From contig NZ_JABEZU010000002.1 in assembly GCF_013149785.1 (NCBI RefSeq), forward strand, positions 620,001 to 684,000: a stretch of 64,000 bases of DNA. Reading direction: 5' to 3'. Under the pieces are notes generated by a model, which had not been told where the DNA came from, did not search any database, and worked only from the letters and a program-made list of their open reading frames with translations. Source of the stretch: Isoptericola halotolerans (GTDB taxonomy: Bacteria; Actinomycetota; Actinomycetes; Actinomycetales; Cellulomonadaceae). The position numbers were made by a program, and so were the translations under genes. Positions 28,881-39,153 of the stretch are shown piece after piece (the first letter of the stretch is position 1; each line of letters begins with the position of its first letter).

Positions 28881-30194
28881 TCAGGAGCCTCGGATCCCGG
28901 TGATCCACGCCGCCGGCATGCTGCCGTGCGTCGTCGCCCGGCCCACCCAGGCGCGCATCTGGTCGGCCTTGCCGGTGATGGTCGCCGTGCGGCCGTTCGG
29001 CTGGGTGGCGGTGAGGGTGCGCACCTGGCCGCTGGACCAGGTACGGGTCACCGTGATGGAGGCGACGTTGTTGAGCCCGAAGAGGTTCCTGGCCTGCTGC
29101 TGCGTCATGGTCCTGGTCCAGGACGCCATGGAGTTGCCGGGTGCCCGCAGGCTGTACGGGTCGTCGACGCTGCGCTCGTACGACAGCACCGAGGACCACA
29201 CGTCCTCGGAGTTGGCGGTGCGTCCGCCGCTCGAGGAGAAGTAGTGGGCGGCGACCGAGCGGCCGCCCACCTGGAGCACCCGGGCCGAGCTCGCGCTGCG
29301 GGTGGTGGCGTCGACCGCCTTCTTCCACACCGCGCCGTACCGGCCGCCGCTGCCCTCGTTCTCCTTCTTCCAGCCGCTGAAGTACTGGTCGCGCACGTCG
29401 TCGACGAGGTGGCAGCGGCAGGCGGGCTTGCCGGTGTGCTTGGAGATCGCGTAGGAGCGGGCGGTCATGGCCTGAGCCCGCAGGGCGTTCGCGCCGCCGT
29501 TGAGGCCCCACGAGGACGGCATCTCCGCGATGCCGTACAGGTACTCGGTGTTGAGCAGCACGTCGTTGGTGATGTTCGGCGTCGACTTCCGGTTGACCAC
29601 GGTCAGCCGCCCGTGCCGGTAGGAGCCGTGCGCGCCGTCGATCGTGGCCACGGCCTTCTTGCCGTTCGGACGCCAGTACGTGGTCCCGGACCACTGGATC
29701 CGCATCATGTCGCCCTTGTAGACCTTGCCGTTCACCTTGACGCGTACCGCGCCCTTGGTGCCGATGCGCACCTTCATCCGCACGTCGCCCGAGCCCCTGG
29801 CGACCTCTCCCGTGCCGGGCTTCATCACGCGCCAGTCCCCGCCCCGGATCGTCACCCAGGTGTTGCGCCCCGAGTCGCCGTAGCCCGAGAAGCTGTACGG
29901 GTCGGGACCGTGGACCTGCACACGGACGCGCTTCGGCGTCGACGTGTACGGCGCCTTCGACCCCGTGTAGTAGTGCTTGAGGATGCCCACGCCGCTCTTG
30001 CCCTGCCGGGCGAGCTCGTAGGCGCCGTACTGGCTCATGCCGACCCCGTGCCCGTAGCCCGACCCGGAGATCGTGAACCGGTCGGGATAGCTCGCGGCCG
30101 ATGCGGGCGCGCCGACCGCCACCCCTCCGGCTGCTGCGACGAAGAGCGCGGTGACGACGGCGACGGTGCGTCGGTACCAAAGATGTTGCTTCAT
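28881..30194 (-). CDS. Secreted SpoIID/LytB-domain lytic transglycosylase-like protein
   Basis: Signal peptide; GSGYGHGVGMSQYGA, ILKHYYTG, YLYGIAEMPSSW, ALRAQAMTARSYA, YFSSSGGRT. Confidence 0.88.
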   Translation of the reverse strand: MKQHLWYRRTVAVVTALFVAAAGGVAVGAPASAASYPDRFTISGSGYGHGVGMSQYGAYELARQGKSGVGILKHYYTGSKAPYTSTPKRVRVQVHGPDPYSFSGYGDSGRNTWVTIRGGDWRVMKPGTGEVARGSGDVRMKVRIGTKGAVRVKVNGKVYKGDMMRIQWSGTTYWRPNGKKAVATIDGAHGSYRHGRLTVVNRKSTPNITNDVLLNTEYLYGIAEMPSSWGLNGGANALRAQAMTARSYAISKHTGKPACRCHLVDDVRDQYFSGWKKENEGSGGRYGAVWKKAVDATTRSASSARVLQVGGRSVAAHYFSSSGGRTANSEDVWSSVLSYERSVDDPYSLRAPGNSMASWTRTMTQQQARNLFGLNNVASITVTRTWSSGQVRTLTATQPNGRTATITGKADQMRAWVGRATTHGSMPAAWITGIRGS

Positions 30195-30328
30195 GTGGAC
30201 TACCCCCTCAGCCACTGTGCCTCAGGCATCCGTCGTGGGCATCTCGAAGCGTTCGGTCGCCACGGATGCCGTCCCGCGCGGTCGACTATCGTGGCCTGCG
30301 ATCTCCCGCCATGCCGACCAGGAGCACC

Positions 30329-31627
30329 ATGACGACGAACCGTCCGAGCCCTCACGACCTGCTGCTGCCGGAGCGCTCCCGGCTGCTGCACATCGGCCTG
30401 ATGAAGACGGGCACCACGAGCCTGCAGCACGCGGCGTCGGTGCTGCGTGACGAGCTGCTGGAACGCGGTGTGCGCTACCCGGGCACCGGGCTCAACCACC
30501 GCACCGCGCTGACGGCGGTCATGGGACGCGGGTGGGGGTGGGACTCCGCGCCGAACCCGGCCGCCTGGGAGACCCTGCGAGCCGAGATCGACGCCGAGAC
30601 CTCGCGGCGCGTCTGGGTCGGTCACGAGCTCGTCTCGGAGGCCGAGGAGACAGACGTCGAGGCCTACCGCGACGGACTCGGCGACCGCACCCACGTCGTG
30701 GTGACGCTGCGCAACTACGCGGCGATGCTGCCTTCCGCCTGGCAGCAGATCATGAAGGGCGGCCGGCACCGGACGTTCGAGAGCTGGTTGCGCGGCCACC
30801 TGTCCGCGAAGCCGAACCTGGAGCGCACCCGACTGGAGCAGGAGCGGCTCGACCAGGGGGCCGTGGTCCGGCGCTGGGCGCAGGTGTTCGGTCCCGAGAA
30901 CGTCACCGTCGTCGTGGTGGACAAGTCCACCCCGAACCTGTTGTTCGAGGCGTTCGAGGACATGCTGGGGCTCGACCGCGGCTTCCTGTCGACGGCGGAG
31001 CAGGACGGCTTCGCCTCGAACCGGGGGATGAGCGCCGAGGAGGCCGAGCTGTTGCGGGCGATCAACGTCGAGCTGCGCGACGAGATCTCCTGGCCCGACT
31101 ACCGCCGGTGGGTGCGGACGGGGGCTGCCGGCACGATGCTCGCGCAGCGCTCCCCGGGCGAGCACGACACCAGGCTGGTGCTGCCCACCTGGGCCGCGGA
31201 GAAGGCCGCCCGGCGCGCCGCCCGGTTCGTCGAGGAGATCGACACGTCGGGCGTGCGCGTCGTCGGCGACCTCGCGCTGCTGAACCAGCCCGTCCCGCAC
31301 ACCGACGAGCCGCTCACCGAGCCCACCAGCGTGCCGGTCGACGCGGCGGCCCAGGCCGTCCTCGGGGCCGTCCGGCAGGCGCAGGCCGAGCGGGAGCGGG
31401 CCGAGTACTACCGCGAACGGCTGCGCATCTGGGCGGAGTCGGGCCGCACCTACGGTCCCCGGGTGGGCAAGGCCTCGGGCCGGGAGCTGGCCGTCGCGCT
31501 CGCGCAGCGCGTGCGCCGTCGCCTGGCGGGCGCGGGCCGTCCCAGCCGGGTGGACGACGCCGAGAACCTGGGCGCCGTGGAGCAGTACGAGGCCGACGCG
31601 CTCCGACGCGAGGAGGAGAGCCAGTAG
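30329..31627 (+). CDS. Sulfotransferase-like (P-loop fold) protein
   Basis: LLHIGLMKTGTTSLQ, VTLR...LPSAWQQIMK; AGGAG RBS before ATG 30329. Confidence 0.7.
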   Translation: MTTNRPSPHDLLLPERSRLLHIGLMKTGTTSLQHAASVLRDELLERGVRYPGTGLNHRTALTAVMGRGWGWDSAPNPAAWETLRAEIDAETSRRVWVGHELVSEAEETDVEAYRDGLGDRTHVVVTLRNYAAMLPSAWQQIMKGGRHRTFESWLRGHLSAKPNLERTRLEQERLDQGAVVRRWAQVFGPENVTVVVVDKSTPNLLFEAFEDMLGLDRGFLSTAEQDGFASNRGMSAEEAELLRAINVELRDEISWPDYRRWVRTGAAGTMLAQRSPGEHDTRLVLPTWAAEKAARRAARFVEEIDTSGVRVVGDLALLNQPVPHTDEPLTEPTSVPVDAAAQAVLGAVRQAQAERERAEYYRERLRIWAESGRTYGPRVGKASGRELAVALAQRVRRRLAGAGRPSRVDDAENLGAVEQYEADALRREEESQ

Positions 31628-31637
31628 GCTCGCCGTC

Positions 31638-33497
31638 GTGCATCTCGCCCACCGCCTGATCTTCTCCGACCGGCCCGAGCGGCGGTTGCTCTGCCTCGAG
31701 GAAGGTCCGGGGGTGCTCGACGACGGTGCGCTGCGGGTTCCCCCCGGCACGACGCAGGGGATGGGCGCCTACCTCAACGGCTTCCCGGGCGCGTACTGGG
31801 CCTGCTGGGCCGGCGCGACCCGGGTCCGGTTGCAGCTCCATGCCTCCGGGGACGGGACCGTGCGGCTGCTGCGCTCGGACGCCGCGGGGCGGGTGAGCGA
31901 GGTCGCGTCCGGCCCGGTCGGCGAGCCGCTGGAGTCGGACCTGAGCGCCGTCGGCGGCTGGCTGTGGTGCGAGGTGACGGCCGGCGCCGCCCCCTCGGCG
32001 TCCGCGGACCCGCCCGGTGTCGTGGTCACCGGCGGCGAGTGGTCGGTGGACGCCTCCGTGCGCCGGGACGGCGAGGTCGTGGTGTCCGTCACCACCATGG
32101 ACAAGCCCGAGTACTGCGTCGCCACGCTGGCGACCCTCGCGGGCGCACCGGAGCTGGCCGAGGCCGGTGTCCGGATCCAGGTCGTCGACCAGGGCACCCG
32201 CAAGGTGGCCGGCCACCCCGGGTTCGCGGAGGTCGCCGCGGCGCTCGGGCAGCGGCTCCGGATGGTCGACCAGCCCAACCTCGGGGGGTCGGGCGGTTTC
32301 TCGCGAGGCATGCTGGAGACCCTCGACGGCGGCGCCGACGCGGTGCTGATCTGCGACGACGACGTCGAGGTCGAGCCCGAGGCGCTGCTGCGGGCCGTCC
32401 GGTTCCACCGTGCCGCCACCGCGCCCGTGGTCGTGGGCGGCCACATGCTCGACCTCGCCCGGCCCACGGTGCTCAACTCGTTCAGCGAGGTGATCCACCG
32501 GCGCGCGTTCAACTGGGGGCCGCCCGTCATGGACCGCCAGTGGCACGACCTCGCCGGTGGCCTGCGCGCCACGCCGTGGCTGCACGAGCGCGCCGACTCC
32601 GACTTCAACGGCTGGTGGATGTGCCTCATCCCCACCGCCGTGCTGCGCGAGGTCGGCCTCAGCCTGCCGCTCTTCCTCAAGTGGGACGACGCCGAGTTCT
32701 GCCTGCGCGCCGGCGAGGCCGGCTTTCCGACGGTCTCCCTGCCCGGCGCCTGCCTGTGGCACATGGCCTGGACCGAGAAGGACGACTCCGTCGAGTGGCA
32801 GGCCTACCTGCACGTGCGCAACCGGGTGATCACCGCGCTGCTGCACGCCGACGGTGCCGGGCTGCTGCCCCTGGCGCTCCTCGCGACCGACCTCAAGCTG
32901 TTGCTGGCCCTGCGCTACTACCCCGTCGACCTGCACGTGCGCGCGCTGCGCGAGGTGCTCGCCGGGCCGGGTCGCCTGCACCCCGAGCTCGCGTCCGTCG
33001 TCGGGCAGGTGCGGGCCGTCGGGGTCGGGCACCCCGAGACGGTGCGGCACCGCGCGGGCGACCCCGCCTTCGACGCGGTCGCGCCGGCAGGGGCGACGGA
33101 ACAGGACGGGACGACACCCGGTGGTGGCCCCACGGCACGGCCCTCGGGGCCGCTCGGGCTGGCCGGGTTCGTCCTGCGCGGCCTGGCCCGCACCCTGCGG
33201 CCGCTCCCTGCCGACGCGCGCCGGGCGCCGACCGCGGTCCTGCCACGGACGGAGGCGACCTGGTGGCGGGTCCCCGCCCACGACTCCGTGCTGGTGCTGG
33301 ACTCCGACGGCGGCTCGGGCGTGTGGCTGCGCCGGGACAGCCGGACGTTCTGGCGCCTGGCGGGTGCCGCCGTCGTCGGCCACGTGCGGCTGGCGCTGCG
33401 CTGGCGGTCCCTCGCCCGCACCTGGCGTGAGGCCGCACCGGGCCTGGTCTCCCCGGAGGCCTGGCGGGCGGACTTCGCACCTGCTCACGCCGACTAG
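31638..33497 (+). CDS. Galactofuranosyltransferase GlfT2-like (GT2)
   Basis: YLNGFPGAYW, VVDQG, QPNLGGSGGFSRGM, CDDD, FNGWWMCLIP, PLFLKWDDAEF, WQAYLHVRNR. Confidence 0.88.
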   Translation: MHLAHRLIFSDRPERRLLCLEEGPGVLDDGALRVPPGTTQGMGAYLNGFPGAYWACWAGATRVRLQLHASGDGTVRLLRSDAAGRVSEVASGPVGEPLESDLSAVGGWLWCEVTAGAAPSASADPPGVVVTGGEWSVDASVRRDGEVVVSVTTMDKPEYCVATLATLAGAPELAEAGVRIQVVDQGTRKVAGHPGFAEVAAALGQRLRMVDQPNLGGSGGFSRGMLETLDGGADAVLICDDDVEVEPEALLRAVRFHRAATAPVVVGGHMLDLARPTVLNSFSEVIHRRAFNWGPPVMDRQWHDLAGGLRATPWLHERADSDFNGWWMCLIPTAVLREVGLSLPLFLKWDDAEFCLRAGEAGFPTVSLPGACLWHMAWTEKDDSVEWQAYLHVRNRVITALLHADGAGLLPLALLATDLKLLLALRYYPVDLHVRALREVLAGPGRLHPELASVVGQVRAVGVGHPETVRHRAGDPAFDAVAPAGATEQDGTTPGGGPTARPSGPLGLAGFVLRGLARTLRPLPADARRAPTAVLPRTEATWWRVPAHDSVLVLDSDGGSGVWLRRDSRTFWRLAGAAVVGHVRLALRWRSLARTWREAAPGLVSPEAWRADFAPAHAD

Positions 33498-33507
33498 GAT
33501 GTTCCGG

Positions 33508-35367
33508 ATGCCCGCCCCCGTCGTTGTCGCCGTCGTCGTGTCGTACAACCGAGCCGAGCTGCTCGGTGCCGCGCTCGACGCCCTCGGTGACCAGAACCGC
33601 CCCGTGGACCGTGTCGTCGTCGTGGACAACGCCTCGACCGACGACGCGCTCGCCGTCGCGCGCGGCCACGCCACGGCCCCGCACGTCGTCGCCCTGGCGC
33701 GCAACACCGGGGGAGCGGGCGGGTTCGCCGTCGGTATCGCGACCGCCGTCGCGGAGCTCGGCGCCGACCTCGTGTGGGTCATGGACGACGACACCATCCC
33801 GACCCCCACGGCGCTGTCGGCTCTCCTGGAGGCCCGCGAGGCCTACGACGGCGAGGTCGCCGCGCTGTGCAGCCGGGTCGTGTGGACCGACGGCTCCGAC
33901 CACCCCATGAACACGCCGCGACGGCGGCCCGGTGCGTCCGCCGCCGACGTGGAGCGGGCGCGAGCCGTCGGCGCGATCCCCGTGCGGTCGATGTCGTTCG
34001 TGTCGATGATGATCGACGCCGCCGCCGTGCGGCGTGCGGGCCTGCCCGTCACCGACTACTTCATCTGGAACGACGACTTCGAGTACGCGACCCGCCTGCT
34101 GCGCCATCGCGTCGGGCTGGCCGTGCCCGGCAGCGTCGTCGAGCACCGCACCAAGAAGCTCGGCGCCACCGACGCCGACCCGGGTCCGCGCTTCTACTAC
34201 GAGGTGCGCAACAAGATCTGGATGTTCTCCCGGTCCGGTGCCCTGTCGTTCCGCGAGCGGGTGCTGTACGGCGGGTCCACGGTGCGACGCTGGTTGCGCA
34301 CCGTGGTGCGGTCGAGCGACCGGCGGACCCTCCTCGGCGCCGGGTGGCGGGGTTTCTGGCACGGCATCACCCGTGGGCCGCGCCCGGACACGGAGGTGCT
34401 GTCCGGCGTCGGGCCGGCGGCGCTGACGGTCGCACGTCTCGAGGCGGGCGCCTCCCTGCCCGCGCCGGTGCACGTCAACCGCAGCGCGGCCTCGGCCGGC
34501 ACCTTCGGTGCGGGCGAACCTCTGGACGACCAGCGCTTCTCCGTGCTGCTACCCGTGTACCGCGGCGACGACGCCGGGCACCTGGAGCGTGGCTTCCGTT
34601 CCGCGACCGTGGACCAGACGCTGCGACCCGACGAGATCGTCGTCGTGCGCGACGGGCCCGTCGGCGACGACATCGCGGCGGTGCTCTCCCGGCTCGAGGA
34701 GATCACCGACGTGCCCGTCACGGTCGTGGCGCTCCCGCACAACCTGGGCCTCGCCCGGGCGCTGGAGGAAGGGCTGGCCGTGTGCCGCCACGAGATCGTG
34801 GCCCGCGCCGACGCCGACGACATCTCGCTGCCCGAGCGGTTCGCGGAGCAGGTGCCGCTGGTGGCCAAGGGGTACGACATCGTCGGCTCGGCCATCTGGG
34901 AGTTCGAGGACGACGAGGACGACCACGGGATGGTGCGGGTGCCGCCCACCGGCGAGGGCATCGCCGAGGCCGCGCGGTTCCGGGACCCGTTCAACCACCC
35001 GTCGGTGGTCTACCGGAAGTCCGCCGTCGCCGCCGTCGGGGGCTACCAGCACCTCGACCTCATGGAGGACTACCTGCTGTTCGCCCGGATGCTCGCCGCC
35101 GGGGCGCACGCGCAGAACATCACCGACCCGCTCGTGCTGTACCGCGTGGGCGCCGGCGCCTACGCGCGGCGGGGCGGACGACGACTGCTCGCCTCCGAGC
35201 TGGCGCTGCAGCGCACCCTGCACGAGGAGGGCTTCGTGTCCACGCCGCAGATGGTGCGCAACGTGGTCGTGCGTGCCGGGTACCGGCTCGTGCCGCAGCG
35301 GCTGCGCCAGGCCGGGTACCGCCGCTACACCCGCCAGCGGGGCGGTTACGTCCCCGACGACCTCTAG
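33508..35367 (+). CDS. Tandem two-domain GT2 glycosyltransferase (GlfT1-like + AmsE-like)
   Basis: Domain 1: VVSYNR, VVDNAS, NTGGAGGF, WVMDDD, FIWNDDFEY. Domain 2: FSVLLPVY, VRDGP, NLGLARAL, ARADADD, FNHPSV, MEDYLL. Confidence 0.88.
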   Translation: MPAPVVVAVVVSYNRAELLGAALDALGDQNRPVDRVVVVDNASTDDALAVARGHATAPHVVALARNTGGAGGFAVGIATAVAELGADLVWVMDDDTIPTPTALSALLEAREAYDGEVAALCSRVVWTDGSDHPMNTPRRRPGASAADVERARAVGAIPVRSMSFVSMMIDAAAVRRAGLPVTDYFIWNDDFEYATRLLRHRVGLAVPGSVVEHRTKKLGATDADPGPRFYYEVRNKIWMFSRSGALSFRERVLYGGSTVRRWLRTVVRSSDRRTLLGAGWRGFWHGITRGPRPDTEVLSGVGPAALTVARLEAGASLPAPVHVNRSAASAGTFGAGEPLDDQRFSVLLPVYRGDDAGHLERGFRSATVDQTLRPDEIVVVRDGPVGDDIAAVLSRLEEITDVPVTVVALPHNLGLARALEEGLAVCRHEIVARADADDISLPERFAEQVPLVAKGYDIVGSAIWEFEDDEDDHGMVRVPPTGEGIAEAARFRDPFNHPSVVYRKSAVAAVGGYQHLDLMEDYLLFARMLAAGAHAQNITDPLVLYRVGAGAYARRGGRRLLASELALQRTLHEEGFVSTPQMVRNVVVRAGYRLVPQRLRQAGYRRYTRQRGGYVPDDL

Positions 35368-36522
<1,155 letters not shown>

Positions 36523-36528
36523 CCCCGC

Positions 36529-36596
36529 CGGTGCCGAACAGGAACCTGGGCCCGCTTTGGCACGCCAAAGCGGGCCCAGGTTCCTGTTCGGCACCG
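36529..36596. repeat. REP-like palindrome, copy A (33-bp perfect arms)
   Basis: CGGTGCCGAACAGGAACCTGGGCCCGCTTTGGC-AC-GCCAAAGCGGGCCCAGGTTCCTGTTCGGCACCG. Confidence 0.95.
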
Positions 36597-36674
36597 ATCG
36601 GACGCCGTCCCCAGGGGTGCGGTGCCCACAGCTGGGCCCGACGGCGCAGCGCGCGCCGGCGCAGGGTCGCTGTC

Positions 36675-37763
36675 ATGGCCTCCATGCGGACCTTCGCCCA
36701 GCTCCCGGATGCCCTGACCTGGACCGCCGAGGCCCAGGAAGGGCTGCTCAGCGCCCACCAGTGCGACCTGCACGGCGTCGGTTCGTCCCGACGCTCTCGC
36801 CTGGTGCAGGCGGGACGGTGGCGTGCCGTGACCCGCGGGGTCGTCGACACGATCCCCACGGACCCGTTCCGTCGGACGGCCGAGGACGTCCCCGTGCGAC
36901 CGGCGCTGCCGCTGGTGGTGCGCGACAGTGCTGCCGCCCGGGCGCGGTCGCGGGCAGCCCGCGCGGCCGCGCACCGGCCTCGGTCGGACACGGACCGGCT
37001 CTTCGACCACCTCCGCCGACGCGCCGCCTGGATCGGCCTGCTCGCGCACGGCCCCGGCGCGATCGCCGTCGGGACCAGCGCCCTGGCGCTGCACGGCGTC
37101 GAAGGGCTCGCCTGGCCGGCGATCCCTGAGGTGGCGCTGGACCGCGCGGGACGTCGTCCGCACCGTCCCGGCGTCCGGCTGCGACAGTTCGACGACGGGA
37201 TGACCGTGGTCGGGTTCGGCGATCCCCGGACGGCGGAGGCACGTGTCGCCACGATGGGCTGGGCCCTGGCGCAGGCGGTGCCCGAGCAACCGCCTGCGCG
37301 AGGACTGGCACTGCTGGACTCGGCTCTGCAGCTCGGGCTCGTCGACGCGCGAGGCCTCGAGGTGGCGCACGACCAGGCGCGGGGTCGTCGCGGTGTGGCG
37401 TCGAGGCACGTCCTGTGGGAGGTGGCCGACGCGCGGGCGCAGTCGCCGCTGGAGTCCTTCGGGCGCTGGCAGTGCATCGAGGCGGGGGTGCCGCCCGACG
37501 TCTTGCAGCTGCCGGTCAGTGGCCGGGACGGGTCCCTGCTGGGCCTCGGCGACATGGCGTGGCGGCAGACGTCGGGCCGGACCCTCGTCGTCGAGATGGA
37601 CGGTCGTGACTGGCACGAGTCGAGTACTGATGGCGGGCGGCGGGACCGCGACCGGGACAACGCCTTCGCGGCGGTCCCGGGCGTCGACGTGCTCAGGTTC
37701 GACGTGCGTCACGTGCGCGACGGGGTGGTCGGCCGCCGCGTCCGCACCTTCCTCCGCCGGTGA
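36675..37763 (+). CDS. AbiEi-type winged-helix + DUF559/Vsr-like endonuclease-domain protein
   Basis: 362 aa (ATG 36675, alternative 36684). N-terminal AEAQEGLLSAHQ...LVQAGRWRAVTRGV; C-terminal AQSPLESFGR..IEAGVP..VLQ...GDMAW...VVEMDG..WH...RDRDRDN...VLRF. Confidence 0.8.
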   Translation: MASMRTFAQLPDALTWTAEAQEGLLSAHQCDLHGVGSSRRSRLVQAGRWRAVTRGVVDTIPTDPFRRTAEDVPVRPALPLVVRDSAAARARSRAARAAAHRPRSDTDRLFDHLRRRAAWIGLLAHGPGAIAVGTSALALHGVEGLAWPAIPEVALDRAGRRPHRPGVRLRQFDDGMTVVGFGDPRTAEARVATMGWALAQAVPEQPPARGLALLDSALQLGLVDARGLEVAHDQARGRRGVASRHVLWEVADARAQSPLESFGRWQCIEAGVPPDVLQLPVSGRDGSLLGLGDMAWRQTSGRTLVVEMDGRDWHESSTDGGRRDRDRDNAFAAVPGVDVLRFDVRHVRDGVVGRRVRTFLRR

Positions 37764-37766
37764 AAG

Positions 37767-37838
37767 CTCGGTGTCGAACAGGAACCTGGGCCCGCTTTGG
37801 CGGAGCAAAGCGGGCCCAGGTTCCTGTTCGACACCGAG
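37767..37838. repeat. REP-like palindrome, copy B (33-bp perfect arms, 6-nt loop)
   Basis: CTCGGTGTCGAACAGGAACCTGGGCCCGCTTTG-GCGGAG-CAAAGCGGGCCCAGGTTCCTGTTCGACACCGAG. Confidence 0.95.
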
Positions 37839-37841
37839 GGG

Positions 37842-39074
37842 TCAGGGGACCCAGGCGCACACGAGGTGGGCGGCGCCGTCCGCGGTCACCGGCCCGGCGG
37901 CATCGGGCACCAGGCAGGACTCGCCACGGCGCAGCTCGGTCTCGCCCGACTCCGTGAGCAGCCGCACCGCACCGTCCAGCACGAGCACCACGCGCGGGCC
38001 GTCGGGGGCGAGCGCCACCGGTTCGGCGGGGTGGACGTCGGCGGTCATGAGCGCGAACTCGCTCACCGGCGCCCGGTAGCTCGTCACCAGGCTCTCGGTG
38101 CCCGCCACGACGGTGTCGGGGCGGACCGGCGGACGGGGGGAGAACGCCGAGCACTCGACCAGCGCGTCCGCGTCGACGTGCTTGGTCGTCAGGCCGGCCC
38201 GGAGCACGTTGTCCGAGGCGGCCATGACCTCGACGCCGAGCCCGGACAGGTAGGCGTGCACCTCGCCCGCCGGGACGAACATCGCCTCGCCCGGCTCGAG
38301 GGAGACCCTGTTGAGCAGCAAGGAGGTCACGGCACCCGGGTCGCCGGGATGCTCGTCGGCGAGCTGCAGCACGGTCGCGTCGGCGCGGTCCGACGGCGAA
38401 CCGGCCGCCGCGCGCGCCCGGACCGACGCGACGGTCGTCGCGACGTCCTGCGCACACCCGGCGGTGCCGCGTGCCGCGACGAGCAGCTCCATGGCGGCGC
38501 GCAGCCCGGCGGAGGACCGGGTGCCGTCCAGCGCACCGCGGATCCGGCCGACGAGCTCACCGTCGAGACCGTCGAGCAGCTCCAGGACGGCGCGCGGGCT
38601 GCGGAACCCCGCCAGTCCCTCGAACGGGGTGAGGGCGACGAGCATCTCGGGCTTGTGCTCGGTGTCGTGGAACGACCGGTGCGGTGCGCCCGGCGCCGTC
38701 CCTGCGCGGTTCTCCCGGTGGTAGCCGGCCCGGGCCTGGTGGGGGCGGGGGTGCACCTGCAGCGACAGCGCCCGCCGTGCCGCCAGGACCTTGAGGAGGT
38801 ACGGCAGCCGCGGCCCGAACCGGTCCGCCACGCGGCGCCCCAGCACCTCGACCGGCGCGGTGGCGATCAGGTCGGCGAGCGTCGAGCCGGCGCTCAGGCG
38901 CGACGGTGCCGAGGGGTGGGCACCGAGCCACAGCTCGGCGGCGGGCCGCCCGTCGCGCGGCAGGCCGAGCAGGTCCTGGATGTGGTCGTGCGACCCCCAG
39001 TCGTAAGGCTGGACGGTGTTCTCGAGCCGGTGCGCGGAGGCGAGAAAGACCGGTGCTGTTGGTGAGGTGTTCAT
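37842..39074 (-). CDS. manA: Mannose-6-phosphate isomerase class I (copy 2)
   Basis: YDWGS, AELWLGAHP, LSLQVHP, HKPEM, VHAYLSG, EVMAASDNVLRAGLT; ends HLVCAWVP like copy 1. Start approximate. Confidence 0.92.
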   Translation of the reverse strand: MNTSPTAPVFLASAHRLENTVQPYDWGSHDHIQDLLGLPRDGRPAAELWLGAHPSAPSRLSAGSTLADLIATAPVEVLGRRVADRFGPRLPYLLKVLAARRALSLQVHPRPHQARAGYHRENRAGTAPGAPHRSFHDTEHKPEMLVALTPFEGLAGFRSPRAVLELLDGLDGELVGRIRGALDGTRSSAGLRAAMELLVAARGTAGCAQDVATTVASVRARAAAGSPSDRADATVLQLADEHPGDPGAVTSLLLNRVSLEPGEAMFVPAGEVHAYLSGLGVEVMAASDNVLRAGLTTKHVDADALVECSAFSPRPPVRPDTVVAGTESLVTSYRAPVSEFALMTADVHPAEPVALAPDGPRVVLVLDGAVRLLTESGETELRRGESCLVPDAAGPVTADGAAHLVCAWVP

Positions 39075-39090
39075 CAGCAATTCATCGACT
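39069..39090 (+). promoter_or_regulatory. PHO-box-like tandem
   Basis: GTTCATCAGCA / ATTCATCGACT in the manA2 / sulfotransferase divergent region. Confidence 0.5.
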
Positions 39091-39153
39091 TTCGTGAGGC
39101 GGTTGTGATTCACTCGGCGCTCGATCTACGCGCCTCGAAAGACCGGAGCCCCC

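Noticed and set aside
36531..36594. Recurrent peptide PNRNLGPLW..KAGPGSCS in several ORF translations
   Set aside because: Artifact of translating the palindromes on both strands.
36607..36631. DnaA-box-like GTCCCCAG / GCCCACAG upstream of the nuclease gene
   Set aside because: Too many mismatches to TTGTCCACA to support from this window alone.
36675..37763. Complete type IV (AbiE) toxin-antitoxin system
   Set aside because: No adjacent AbiEii nucleotidyltransferase gene; the neighbours are glf and manA.
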